DNA of 50,417 nucleotides from Bacilli bacterium (GTDB lineage Bacteria; Bacillota_I; Bacilli_A; RFN20; CAG-826): NCBI GenBank assembly GCA_017447725.1, contig JAFSMX010000007.1, positions 1 to 50,417 of the forward strand, read 5' to 3'. Shown piece by piece: positions 30,176 to 38,419 of this stretch (position 1 is its first letter; each line of letters starts with the position of its first letter). The notes under the pieces were generated by a model. It saw only the letters and a program-made list of their open reading frames with translations, ran no database searches and was not told where the DNA came from. The position numbers and the translations under genes were made by a program.

Positions 30176-32254
30176 TTAACGATTAGACATGCCGGATTTC
30201 TTAATAATTTCATCCTGCACGAATCGTGGGCATTCTCCATAATGGGAGAATTGCATTGTATAGTTACCGCGACCCTGGGTAAATGAACGAAGGTCTGTAA
30301 CATAACCGAACATTTCGGCTAATGGTACTTCAGCTTCGACAATCTTGGCGTTACCACGTTGGGTCTCACCTGTCATATTACCACGACGACGGGAAATATC
30401 GCCGATAACATCACCGTAGTACTGTTCAGGAACAGTAACTTCGATTTTCATAATTGGTTCAAGGATAACTGGAGAACATTTCTTAGCAGCTTCCTTAAGA
30501 GCCATTGAGGCAGCGATCTTATAAGCTGCTTCAGAGGAGTCGACATCGTGAGAGGAACCATCAAATAAGGTTGCCTTGATGTCGATTACTGGGTAGCCAG
30601 CAATAAGACCACGGTTGAGAGCATCTTCCAAACCATCTTGGGTTGGACGGATGTATTCTCTTGGAACGGATCCACCGACAACAGCGTCGACGAATTCGAA
30701 TCCTTTTCCTGGGTTTGGTTCAAATCTGATCCAAACGTGACCGTATTGTCCACGACCACCGGATTGCTTAATGTATTTACCTTCACATTCAGCTGGAACA
30801 CGGATTGTTTCACGGTATCCAACTTGTGGAGCACCGACGTTAACGTCGACATTGAATTCACGGCGTAAACGGTCAACGATGATGTCGAGGTGAAGTTCAC
30901 CGACACCAGCGATAATTGTTTGTCCGGTTTCAGCGTTGGTGTGAACCTTGAATGTTGGGTCTTCTTCAGCAAGTTTTTGAAGGGCAATGCCCATCTTTTC
31001 TTGGTCAGCTTTTGTCTTTGGTTCGACAGCTTCTTCGATAACTGGCTCTGGGAATTCCATCTTTTCTAAGATGACTGGGTGCTTTTCATCACAGAGTGTG
31101 TCACCAGTGGTTGTGTTTTTAAGACCAACAACAGCACCGATGTCACCAGCGTGGAGAGCATCAACTTCTTGACGATGGTTGGAGTGCATTAAGACGACAC
31201 GAGCGATACGTTCTTTGCCATCTTTTGTCGAGTTGAGGACGTATGAACCAGAGGTTAAGACGCCGCTATAAACACGAACATAAGCTAAACGACCAATGAA
31301 TGGATCTGTCGCAATCTTGAATGCTAAGGCGGCAAGTGGAGCGTCATCAGATGCTGGGCATTCAATGACTTCACCATTTTCACCTTCGCCTTTGGCGACA
31401 GGAATATCAAGTGGGCTTGGGAGGTAAGCAACAACACCGTCAAGGAGTAATTGAATACCTTTATTTTTGTAAGCAGAACCGCAGAAGACTGGGAAGAATT
31501 CACCAGTTAAAACGGCTTTACGAATGGTGGCTTTGATCATATCCACTGGAACTTCTTCACCTTCAAGGACAAGCATCATTAAGTCATCATCGAATCCGGC
31601 AAGAGCTTCGAGAAGTTTTTGACGGAGTTCATTAACCTTGGAAACATAATCTTCTGGAATTGGAGCTTCATGTGGAGCTTCATCCTTATCAGATGTGTAC
31701 ATCCAGGCTTTACGTTCGATAATGTCGATGACGCCTTTGAAGTTAGATTCAGTACCAATTGGGTATTGAACAGCTTCAGCATTCGCTGCTAGACGTTCAT
31801 GGAGGGAAGCAACACACATATCGAAATCCGCACCGATAGCGTCAAGTTTGTTAACAAAGACGATTCGTGGGACACCATATTTGGTTCCTTGTCTCCAGAC
31901 TGTTTCAGTTTGTGGTTCAACACCATTCTTACCATCTAAGACAGTGACAGCACCGTCTAAGACACGGAGTGAACGTTCAACTTCAGCTGTGAAGTCGACG
32001 TGTCCCGGAGTGTCGATGATGTTGATTCGGTTACCTTTCCACATAGCGGTAGTAGCCGCAGATGTGATGGTAATACCTCTCTCTTGTTCCTGAACCATCC
32101 AGTCCATGGTAGCCGCACCTTCGTGGACTTCACCAATTTTGTGGATTTTTCCAGTGAAATAGAGAATACGTTCGGTAGTAGTTGTTTTACCGGCATCGAT
32201 GTGGGCCATGATACCGATGTTACGTGTATGTTGTAAATCAAATTCACGTGCCAT
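30176..32254 (-). CDS. fusA: Elongation factor G
   Basis: [22 protein letters not shown] and [11 protein letters not shown] motifs. Confidence 0.99.
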   Translation of the reverse strand: MAREFDLQHTRNIGIMAHIDAGKTTTTERILYFTGKIHKIGEVHEGAATMDWMVQEQERGITITSAATTAMWKGNRINIIDTPGHVDFTAEVERSLRVLDGAVTVLDGKNGVEPQTETVWRQGTKYGVPRIVFVNKLDAIGADFDMCVASLHERLAANAEAVQYPIGTESNFKGVIDIIERKAWMYTSDKDEAPHEAPIPEDYVSKVNELRQKLLEALAGFDDDLMMLVLEGEEVPVDMIKATIRKAVLTGEFFPVFCGSAYKNKGIQLLLDGVVAYLPSPLDIPVAKGEGENGEVIECPASDDAPLAALAFKIATDPFIGRLAYVRVYSGVLTSGSYVLNSTKDGKERIARVVLMHSNHRQEVDALHAGDIGAVVGLKNTTTGDTLCDEKHPVILEKMEFPEPVIEEAVEPKTKADQEKMGIALQKLAEEDPTFKVHTNAETGQTIIAGVGELHLDIIVDRLRREFNVDVNVGAPQVGYRETIRVPAECEGKYIKQSGGRGQYGHVWIRFEPNPGKGFEFVDAVVGGSVPREYIRPTQDGLEDALNRGLIAGYPVIDIKATLFDGSSHDVDSSEAAYKIAASMALKEAAKKCSPVILEPIMKIEVTVPEQYYGDVIGDISRRRGNMTGETQRGNAKIVEAEVPLAEMFGYVTDLRSFTQGRGNYTMQFSHYGECPRFVQDEIIKKSGMSNR

Positions 32255-32269
32255 AAATGTAATCTCCTA

Positions 32270-32740
32270 TTACCAACGGTAATGAGCATACGCCTTGTTG
32301 GCTTCGGCCATCTTGTGCGTTTCCTCTTTCTTCTTCACAGATGCACCAGCTCCGTTAGCAGCATCAATGATTTCGTGAGCTAATTTAGCTTCCATTGATT
32401 TTTCATTACGAAGACGCGCATATGTGACTAACCAACGAAGACCAAGTGTAACTTTACGTTCAGATGAAACTTCAACTGGAACTTGGTAGTTGGCTGCGCC
32501 AATACGACGAACCTTAAGTTCGACTTCTGGCATGATATTGTTAATTGCGGTCGCGAAGACATCCATTGCAGGTTTCTTTGTTTCTTCCTCAATTTGCTTA
32601 AAGGCATTATAGAGAATGGTTTGGGCAGTGCCTCTTTTACCATCAATCATGATGCGGTTAATTAAACGAGTAACTAAACGAGAATTGTATATTGGATCTG
32701 GTAAGACTTCACGTTTCGCAACTTTTCCTTTACGTGGCAT
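32270..32740 (-). CDS. rpsG: 30S ribosomal protein S7
   Basis: MPRKG N-terminus and [17 protein letters not shown]-terminus. Confidence 0.99.
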   Translation of the reverse strand: MPRKGKVAKREVLPDPIYNSRLVTRLINRIMIDGKRGTAQTILYNAFKQIEEETKKPAMDVFATAINNIMPEVELKVRRIGAANYQVPVEVSSERKVTLGLRWLVTYARLRNEKSMEAKLAHEIIDAANGAGASVKKKEETHKMAEANKAYAHYRW

Positions 32741-32768
32741 AATGTTTTTCTCCTTTCTTTAAACAAAT

Positions 32769-33188
32769 TTATTTGGCCGCTTTTGGTCTCTTTGTACCGT
32801 ATTGGCTACGTCCTTGACGACGAGCTTCAATACCTGCACAGTCAAGAGTACCGCGAACGATGTGGTAACGAACACCTGGTAAGTCTTTCACACGGCCACC
32901 ACGAATGATGACTGTGGAGTGTTCTTGTAAGTTATGTCCTTCACCACCGATGTAGGCTGTGACTTCATATCCATTAGATAGACGAACACGAGCATATTTT
33001 CTTAAAGCGGAGTTTGGTTTCTTAGGTGTCATTGTGCCGACACGGGTGCAAACACCACGCTTTTGGGCGGATGGTTGGTTTGTTTCACGTGAGCGAAGGG
33101 AGTTCCAGCGTTTTCCAAGAGCTGGAGTAGCTGATTTCTTCACAGGACGGGAACGACCATTTTTAACGAGTTGGTTAATTGTTGGCAT
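32769..33188 (-). CDS. rpsL: 30S ribosomal protein S12
   Basis: [19 protein letters not shown] and [11 protein letters not shown] motifs. Start at ATG 33188 with SD AAGGAGG. Confidence 0.99.
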   Translation of the reverse strand: MPTINQLVKNGRSRPVKKSATPALGKRWNSLRSRETNQPSAQKRGVCTRVGTMTPKKPNSALRKYARVRLSNGYEVTAYIGGEGHNLQEHSTVIIRGGRVKDLPGVRYHIVRGTLDCAGIEARRQGRSQYGTKRPKAAK

Positions 33189-33291
33189 TGATTGTCCTCC
33201 TTTCAATGTTTCAGTTTCGTACACATTCTCCGGTGTATCATACTACCGGCAAATATATAAGCCCATTAGGGCCTTTTCGTTAACCGACAAG

Positions 33292-33320
33292 ATTTTATCT
33301 TTATTAATAAAGGGTGTCAA
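33292..33320 (-). promoter_or_regulatory. Sigma-A promoter of the str operon
   Basis: TTGACA-17 bp-TAAAAT. Confidence 0.85.
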
Positions 33321-33486
33321 CAAAAATATAAAATTTTCTTTTTCTTGTTAATAAGATAGTGGTCTTGATTGTTGTAAAAATAAACGAAAATCTCGTATTT
33401 TTCTTTAAAATTCATCCTTATCAAAACTTTTATCCTTAAGGATAAGAAATCATTACTGCAAAAAACTTTTATAAAATAAAGTTTTT

Positions 33487-33495
33487 TGCTACAAT
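33487..33495 (+). promoter_or_regulatory. Extended -10 promoter for the small hydrophobic ORF
   Basis: TGcTACAAT about 75 nt upstream of the ATG at 33571. The -35 is weak. Confidence 0.5.
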
Positions 33496-33570
33496 TCGAA
33501 TTGACAAAGAAAAGTCATAAAAACTCGGAACGGAAATCTCTGATCTATTATTAGTGAGGAGGTATACTAC

Positions 33571-33660
33571 ATGAAAGACAATCTTAATGAAGCCTTAGTG
33601 CTTCTTAAAATTGCACTGTTGTGTATTCTGGTTAGTTTAGTTGCCTTGCTTCTAAAATAA
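33571..33660 (+). CDS. 29-aa hydrophobic peptide, candidate type I toxin (missed by the ORF track)
   Basis: MKDNLNEALVLLKIALLCILVSLVALLLK*. Perfect SD GAGGAGG 8 nt upstream, a single TM helix and a terminal Lys. Confidence 0.78.
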   Translation: MKDNLNEALVLLKIALLCILVSLVALLLK

Positions 33661-33738
33661 AGAAAAAAACCCTGTGGCTAGGGTTTTGAAGAACCATGTC
33701 TTAATATCCAGTTGTAGATATGGGTTTCCGTTCTTCTG
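33660..33738 (-). ncRNA. Candidate cis-antisense antitoxin RNA (~80 nt)
   Basis: Extended -10 TGtTATAAT (33752-33744) faces the peptide gene. The RNA would end in the hairpin AAAACCCT-N6-AGGGTTTT plus a T tract at the peptide stop codon, and contains no ORF. Confidence 0.6.
33661..33687. terminator. Hairpin between the peptide gene and the antisense RNA (stronger on the minus strand)
   Basis: AAAACCCT-GTGGCT-AGGGTTTT, with a run of 7 T on the minus strand and only 4 T on the plus strand. Confidence 0.75.
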
Positions 33739-33775
33739 GATACATTATAACAAAAAAATATAAATAAGAAATAGA

Positions 33776-34231
33776 TTATTTATTTTCTTCGGATGAATTT
33801 GGTTCATCCTTTTCTTTTACAGCGGTATCAAGTGATTTTCCAAAGACAAAGTATCTTTGATATAAGAACTCTGTAACAAAGTTAATCGCCATATTTATGC
33901 CTGTGGCCACATAAGGCGATCCAGGGAATGTCCATTTATTTGTTAACACCCATTCAAGTTGTAATGAAAGAGGTGTAAATACAATGTAATAGGCCACCAC
34001 TTTTAACATCGCGATTGGAACATTACTCGCGCTTTTAAATGTATACTTACGATTAAACGTGAAGTTCCAGATGACTGAAAGAACTAGCGCAATTCCATAA
34101 CTAATCCAATGATCAAGATGCGCAACTTCTTCAAGAAGAGTAAAGGAGATGATTTGAACAACTCCGGCCGAGATAGAGAAGAGGGTAAACTTCGCCGCTC
34201 TAAATACTTCTTTACGGTCGACTTTTTTCAT
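33776..34231 (-). CDS. GtrA family membrane protein
   Basis: AAKFTLFSISAG, SVIWNFTFNRKYTF and NFVTEFLYQRYFVF motifs, with 4 TM segments. Confidence 0.88.
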   Translation of the reverse strand: MKKVDRKEVFRAAKFTLFSISAGVVQIISFTLLEEVAHLDHWISYGIALVLSVIWNFTFNRKYTFKSASNVPIAMLKVVAYYIVFTPLSLQLEWVLTNKWTFPGSPYVATGINMAINFVTEFLYQRYFVFGKSLDTAVKEKDEPNSSEENK

Positions 34232-34257
34232 ATCTGATTATTTTAATAATAAGAAGA

Positions 34258-34290
34258 ATAAAAATAAATAAAAACACCCATAAAGGATGT
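34258..34290 (-). terminator. Terminator between the structured RNA and the GtrA gene
   Basis: The minus strand reads ACATCC-TTTAT-GGGTGT-TTTTATTTATTTTT. Confidence 0.6.
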
Positions 34291-34294
34291 GATT

Positions 34295-34390
34295 ATTGCC
34301 AACCAGGATAGCCGTCCCTGGATCGCTTTGATATACCCATCTCCGGGGAGATGCGCCGTGGTCGCGTGCTAATTTTCCACCTTTGGCAAT
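34295..34390 (-). ncRNA. Unassigned structured RNA (sRNA or riboswitch-like leader)
   Basis: GC-rich island in AT-rich DNA, closed by the 8-bp helix ATTGCCAA/TTGGCAAT, with three internal hairpins. A promoter lies immediately upstream and a terminator immediately downstream. Confidence 0.62.
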
Positions 34391-34394
34391 TTTT

Positions 34395-34422
34395 ATTATA
34401 AAAAAATAATTAAATTTTACAA
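34395..34422 (-). promoter_or_regulatory. Promoter of the structured RNA
   Basis: TTGTAA-16 bp-TATAAT. The predicted start site coincides with the 5' strand of the closing helix. Confidence 0.62.
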
Positions 34423-34491
34423 GTTTAACCGAGAATTGACCATAAATGAGAATTATAGTCAAACCCCAAGCGCTTTTTGAAAATCACCAGC

Positions 34492-34519
34492 AAAAAACCG
34501 CCATTTTGCAATGACGGTT
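34492..34519 (-). terminator. Terminator of rpoBC
   Basis: The minus strand reads AACCGTCATT-GCAA-AATGGCGGTTTTTT. Confidence 0.88.
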
Positions 34520-34540
34520 AATTGTTAGAATTTTTTATTC

Positions 34541-37500
34541 TTATTCGAAGTCTTCTGGACGGTCGTGAGCTTCAATGTATTGTTGCTTGACCTCTTTCAT
34601 ACGACCACGAACGGTGAAGTTCTTGAGGTTTTCTTCTTCCTCTTCTTCGGTAAGTAGACCAACGCCAGCTGGAATAAGTTTACCAGTAATAACGTTTTCT
34701 TTTAGACCGTGGAGGTCATCTTTCTTACCCTTGATTGCAGCATCAGTTAAGACACGAGTTGTTTCTTGGAATGATGCAGCAGAGAGGAAGGATTTGGTCT
34801 CTAACGCAGCCTTGGTAATTCCAAGGATGAGTTGACGAGCCACCGCTGGACGTTTGCCTGAGAAGACAGCATCTTCGTTTTTCTCAGTGAATTCTTCGAT
34901 ATCCATTCTGGTTCCTGGAACCATGTCGGTATCACCAGAATCAATGATGACGACTTTCTTGAGCATTTGACGCACAATGACTTCAATGTGCTTATCGCTA
35001 ATACCAATGGATTGGCTACGATAAACCTTTTGAATTTCTTTGAGCATGTAGTTCTCAACAGCAACGTCATCAGCAACTTCGAGAAGATGTTTTGGAGCAA
35101 TCGCACCTTCGGTGAGTTTGCCACCGTTACGAACTTCATCGCCAACTTTAACACGTAAGTGTGCGCCATAGGCGGACATGTATTCGCGTTCTTCTAAGTC
35201 ATTGGCGACAACAATGTGGTAACGGCCACCTGTTTCTTCAATAGCTTTGACTTTACCAGCAATTTCGCTGATTAAGGCTTCGCCTTTTGGTGTACGGGCT
35301 TCCACAAGTTCTTGGACACGTGGGAGACCTTGAGTAATATCGCTACCAGCAACACCACCAGTGTGGAAGGTACGCATTGTTAACTGAGTACCTGGTTCAC
35401 CAATGGATTGAGCGGCCATAATACCAACAGCCTCACCTTTCTTAACGACTTCACCAGTCGCTAAGTTACGTCCATAACAATGGACACAGACACCATTTTT
35501 GGTTTCACATCCGAATAAGGATCTGATTTCAACTTCTTTAATGCCAGCGTCGATAACTTTCTTCGCCATCACTTCATCGATTAAAGTGTTTTCTGGAACG
35601 ATTTCTTCACCGGTCTTTGGATCACAAATAGCACGGAGAGAGAATCGGCCAACTAAACGGTCAATAAGTGGGACAATAACCATGTCACGAGCGGTATCGC
35701 GAATCTCACGAACCACAAATCCATGGTCAGTGTGACAGTCATCTTCACGGACAATAACGTCTTGAGAGACGTCGACAAGTCGACGTGTGAGGTAACCAGA
35801 GTCAGCGGTCTTTAATGCGGTATCGGCTCCACCTTTACGTGAACCGTGGGTAGCAATAAAGAACTCAGACACTGTTAAACCTTCACGGAAACAGGATTTA
35901 ATTGGAAGTTCGATCGTTTCACCTTTTGGGTTAGCCATCAAACCACGCATACCAGAAAGCTGGGTGACGTTCGAGATGTTACCACGAGCACCAGAGTCAG
36001 ACATCATGAAGATTGGGTTACGTTGGTCAGCTTCGAATTGGCTGGTTAACTTAGCTTGAACTTCATTACGGACATTAGTCCAAATATCAACAACTTCTTT
36101 ATGGTGTTCTTGGTCGGTGAGTAAACCTTTATCGTATAAACGATTGATTTCTTCAACCGCCACATCTCCTTTGGAGATAATTTCTTCTTTACCTTTAAGG
36201 ATTGGTACGTCAGAGATGGAAATAGTAAATCCAGCAGCTGTCGCGTATCTAAATCCTTGGTCTTTCATCTTATCAAGAACAGCTGAGGTCTTGGATGTGC
36301 CATAACGATGATAGATTTCATCAATAATGTTTCCAAGGTCTTTCTTCTTGAATGGACGAATGAGTGGAAGATTATGAATGTATTCTGGAATGTTTGTTCC
36401 ACGTGGGACGAAGAACTTGGCTAGATCACCCTTGAGGTTCTCTTTGCTAGCTTCGTTTAAGTATGGGAAGTCGGCTGGGAAGATGAGGTTGAAGATCACT
36501 TTACCAACAGTTGTAATGAGGTAAGACTTCTTCATTTCTTCAGTGAAGCCGTTCTTCTCTAAAGCACTACCGCGAATCGCAATACGAGTGTGGAGATGTG
36601 CTTGTTTAGTTTGATATGCTCTTAAGACTTCGTCGATTGTACCAAAGACTTTACCTTCTGCATTACCATAAATGGTAAAGAGTTCATATTCTTCTGTATC
36701 GCCTTTGTTTTTACGACGATCAGCACGGGCAAGAAGAGCTTCTTTCGATTCTTCCATGGTGAGGTAGTAGTTACCTAAAACCATGTCTTGGGATGGAGTA
36801 ACAATTGGTTTACCATCTTTAGGACCAAGAATGTTATTTGATGCAAGCATCAAATTAAGAGCTTCTTGTTGTGCCGCTTTACTAAGTGGGACGTGAACAG
36901 CCATCTGGTCACCATCGAAGTCGGCGTTAAATCCAGTACAAACAAGTGGGTGAAGTCGAATTGCACGACCATCAACAAGTTTTGGTTGGAACGCTTGAAT
37001 ACCTAAACGGTGAAGAGTTGGAGCACGGTTAAGGAGCACTGGGTGATCACCAATGATTTCTTCGACAATGTCGAAGACGATTGGGTCATATTGATCAATA
37101 ATCTTATCCGCCGCCTTATGTGCAGACACATACCCACGTTTAATTAATAGATTCGCGATGTATGGACGTAAGAGATGGATCGCCATTTCGCGTGGAAGAC
37201 CACATTGGTACATCTTTAGATCTGGTCCAACCGCAATAACGGAACGACCGGAGTAGTCAACACGTTTACCAAGTAAGTTTTGACGGAAACGACCTTGTTT
37301 TCCTTTTAAGGAAGAGGATAAGGATTTCAGTGGACGTCCACCAGCTCCTTGAACTGGTTTATTACGACGTCCATTATCGATCAGGGCATCAACTGCTTCT
37401 TGAAGCATACGACGTCCGTTCATCAGAATAACGTTTGGTGCGTTAAGATCGATTAATTTTTTAAGACGTGTATTACGAGTAATAACACGACGATATAAAT

Positions 37501-38404
37501 CGTTTAAATCCGAGGCGGCAAAACGTCCACCATCGAGTTGGAGCATTGGACGTAAATCAGGTGGAATGATTGGAATAACATCAAGAACCATCCATTCTGG
37601 TTTATTGTCGCTTTGTCTAAACGCTTGAACAACTTCAAGACGTTTGATGGCTTTGGCTTTCTTTTGGCCTGTTGAAGTACGAATTTCTTCGGTTACCTTA
37701 GCAAATTCTTCATCTAACTTCACTTCACGGAGTAAACGTTTAATTGCTGCAGCACCTTCGCCGAATTCGGCTTTGGTGTATTTCGAAATGAAACGAGAGA
37801 CAGTTTGGAAGTCGAAAGCTTCGCTTTGGTTATTTAAACGATCAATGTATTCTTGAGCAAGTTCTGTATCAACAGAATTTGGGTCAATTAAGCCTTTAGA
37901 GACGATTTCTTGAATCGCAGCGGTAAAGACTTCACGAGCGGTTTTTTCATCAAGGAATTCCTTGTATTTTAAAACACCGCTATCTCCTGGATTTAAACAA
38001 ATGTGGGAGACGAAGTAGACCACTTCCTCAACTTGTTTTGGAGGAATGTCTAAAAGAAGAGCGATTCTAGAAGGAATACCTTTTAAATACCAAATGTGTG
38101 TACATGGAGAGACGAGTTCAATGTGACCCATTCTTTCACGACGGACATCTTTCGAGATGACTTCAACACCACATTTTTCACAGGTAATACCAGCAAAACG
38201 AATCTTTTTGTATTTTCCGCAGTGACATTCATAGTCTTTTGCTGGACCGAAGATCTTTTCACAGAAGAGACCTCCCATCTCTGGTTTTTGACTACGATAG
38301 TTGATTGTTTCAGCCTTGGTGACTTCGCCATGGGACCAACTACGGATACGGTCTGGGGAAGCAAGACCAACTTTAATGCTAGCTAATTTATTGACATCAA
38401 ACAT
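34541..38404 (-). CDS. rpoC: RNA polymerase beta-prime subunit
   Basis: NADFDGDQM catalytic motif, zinc-binding Cys, [12 protein letters not shown] and QLTMRTFH. Confidence 0.99.
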   Translation of the reverse strand: MFDVNKLASIKVGLASPDRIRSWSHGEVTKAETINYRSQKPEMGGLFCEKIFGPAKDYECHCGKYKKIRFAGITCEKCGVEVISKDVRRERMGHIELVSPCTHIWYLKGIPSRIALLLDIPPKQVEEVVYFVSHICLNPGDSGVLKYKEFLDEKTAREVFTAAIQEIVSKGLIDPNSVDTELAQEYIDRLNNQSEAFDFQTVSRFISKYTKAEFGEGAAAIKRLLREVKLDEEFAKVTEEIRTSTGQKKAKAIKRLEVVQAFRQSDNKPEWMVLDVIPIIPPDLRPMLQLDGGRFAASDLNDLYRRVITRNTRLKKLIDLNAPNVILMNGRRMLQEAVDALIDNGRRNKPVQGAGGRPLKSLSSSLKGKQGRFRQNLLGKRVDYSGRSVIAVGPDLKMYQCGLPREMAIHLLRPYIANLLIKRGYVSAHKAADKIIDQYDPIVFDIVEEIIGDHPVLLNRAPTLHRLGIQAFQPKLVDGRAIRLHPLVCTGFNADFDGDQMAVHVPLSKAAQQEALNLMLASNNILGPKDGKPIVTPSQDMVLGNYYLTMEESKEALLARADRRKNKGDTEEYELFTIYGNAEGKVFGTIDEVLRAYQTKQAHLHTRIAIRGSALEKNGFTEEMKKSYLITTVGKVIFNLIFPADFPYLNEASKENLKGDLAKFFVPRGTNIPEYIHNLPLIRPFKKKDLGNIIDEIYHRYGTSKTSAVLDKMKDQGFRYATAAGFTISISDVPILKGKEEIISKGDVAVEEINRLYDKGLLTDQEHHKEVVDIWTNVRNEVQAKLTSQFEADQRNPIFMMSDSGARGNISNVTQLSGMRGLMANPKGETIELPIKSCFREGLTVSEFFIATHGSRKGGADTALKTADSGYLTRRLVDVSQDVIVREDDCHTDHGFVVREIRDTARDMVIVPLIDRLVGRFSLRAICDPKTGEEIVPENTLIDEVMAKKVIDAGIKEVEIRSLFGCETKNGVCVHCYGRNLATGEVVKKGEAVGIMAAQSIGEPGTQLTMRTFHTGGVAGSDITQGLPRVQELVEARTPKGEALISEIAGKVKAIEETGGRYHIVVANDLEEREYMSAYGAHLRVKVGDEVRNGGKLTEGAIAPKHLLEVADDVAVENYMLKEIQKVYRSQSIGISDKHIEVIVRQMLKKVVIIDSGDTDMVPGTRMDIEEFTEKNEDAVFSGKRPAVARQLILGITKAALETKSFLSAASFQETTRVLTDAAIKGKKDDLHGLKENVITGKLIPAGVGLLTEEEEEENLKNFTVRGRMKEVKQQYIEAHDRPEDFE

Positions 38405-38419
38405 TGTTTTTACCTCCTA

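Noticed and set aside
33501-33506. Perfect TTGACA as the -35 of the peptide gene
   Set aside because: No -10-like hexamer lies 16-18 bp downstream. The upstream TGnTACAAT is the better candidate.
34295-34390. Identification of the structured RNA as T-box, SAM-I, ZMP, SRP or a true tRNA
   Set aside because: Only short look-alike words are present (AAGGTGG, GTGCTAATT). The required cores (GGTGGNACC, ATC..GAG/GCAACC, GTGACTGGCG, CAGG..GGAA..AGCAG, TTCRA loop with CCA) are absent.
34238-34462. 74-aa minus-strand ORF overlapping the structured RNA
   Set aside because: It has a TTG start without SD, runs through a promoter and a terminator, and has no protein-like pattern. The region is better explained as RNA.
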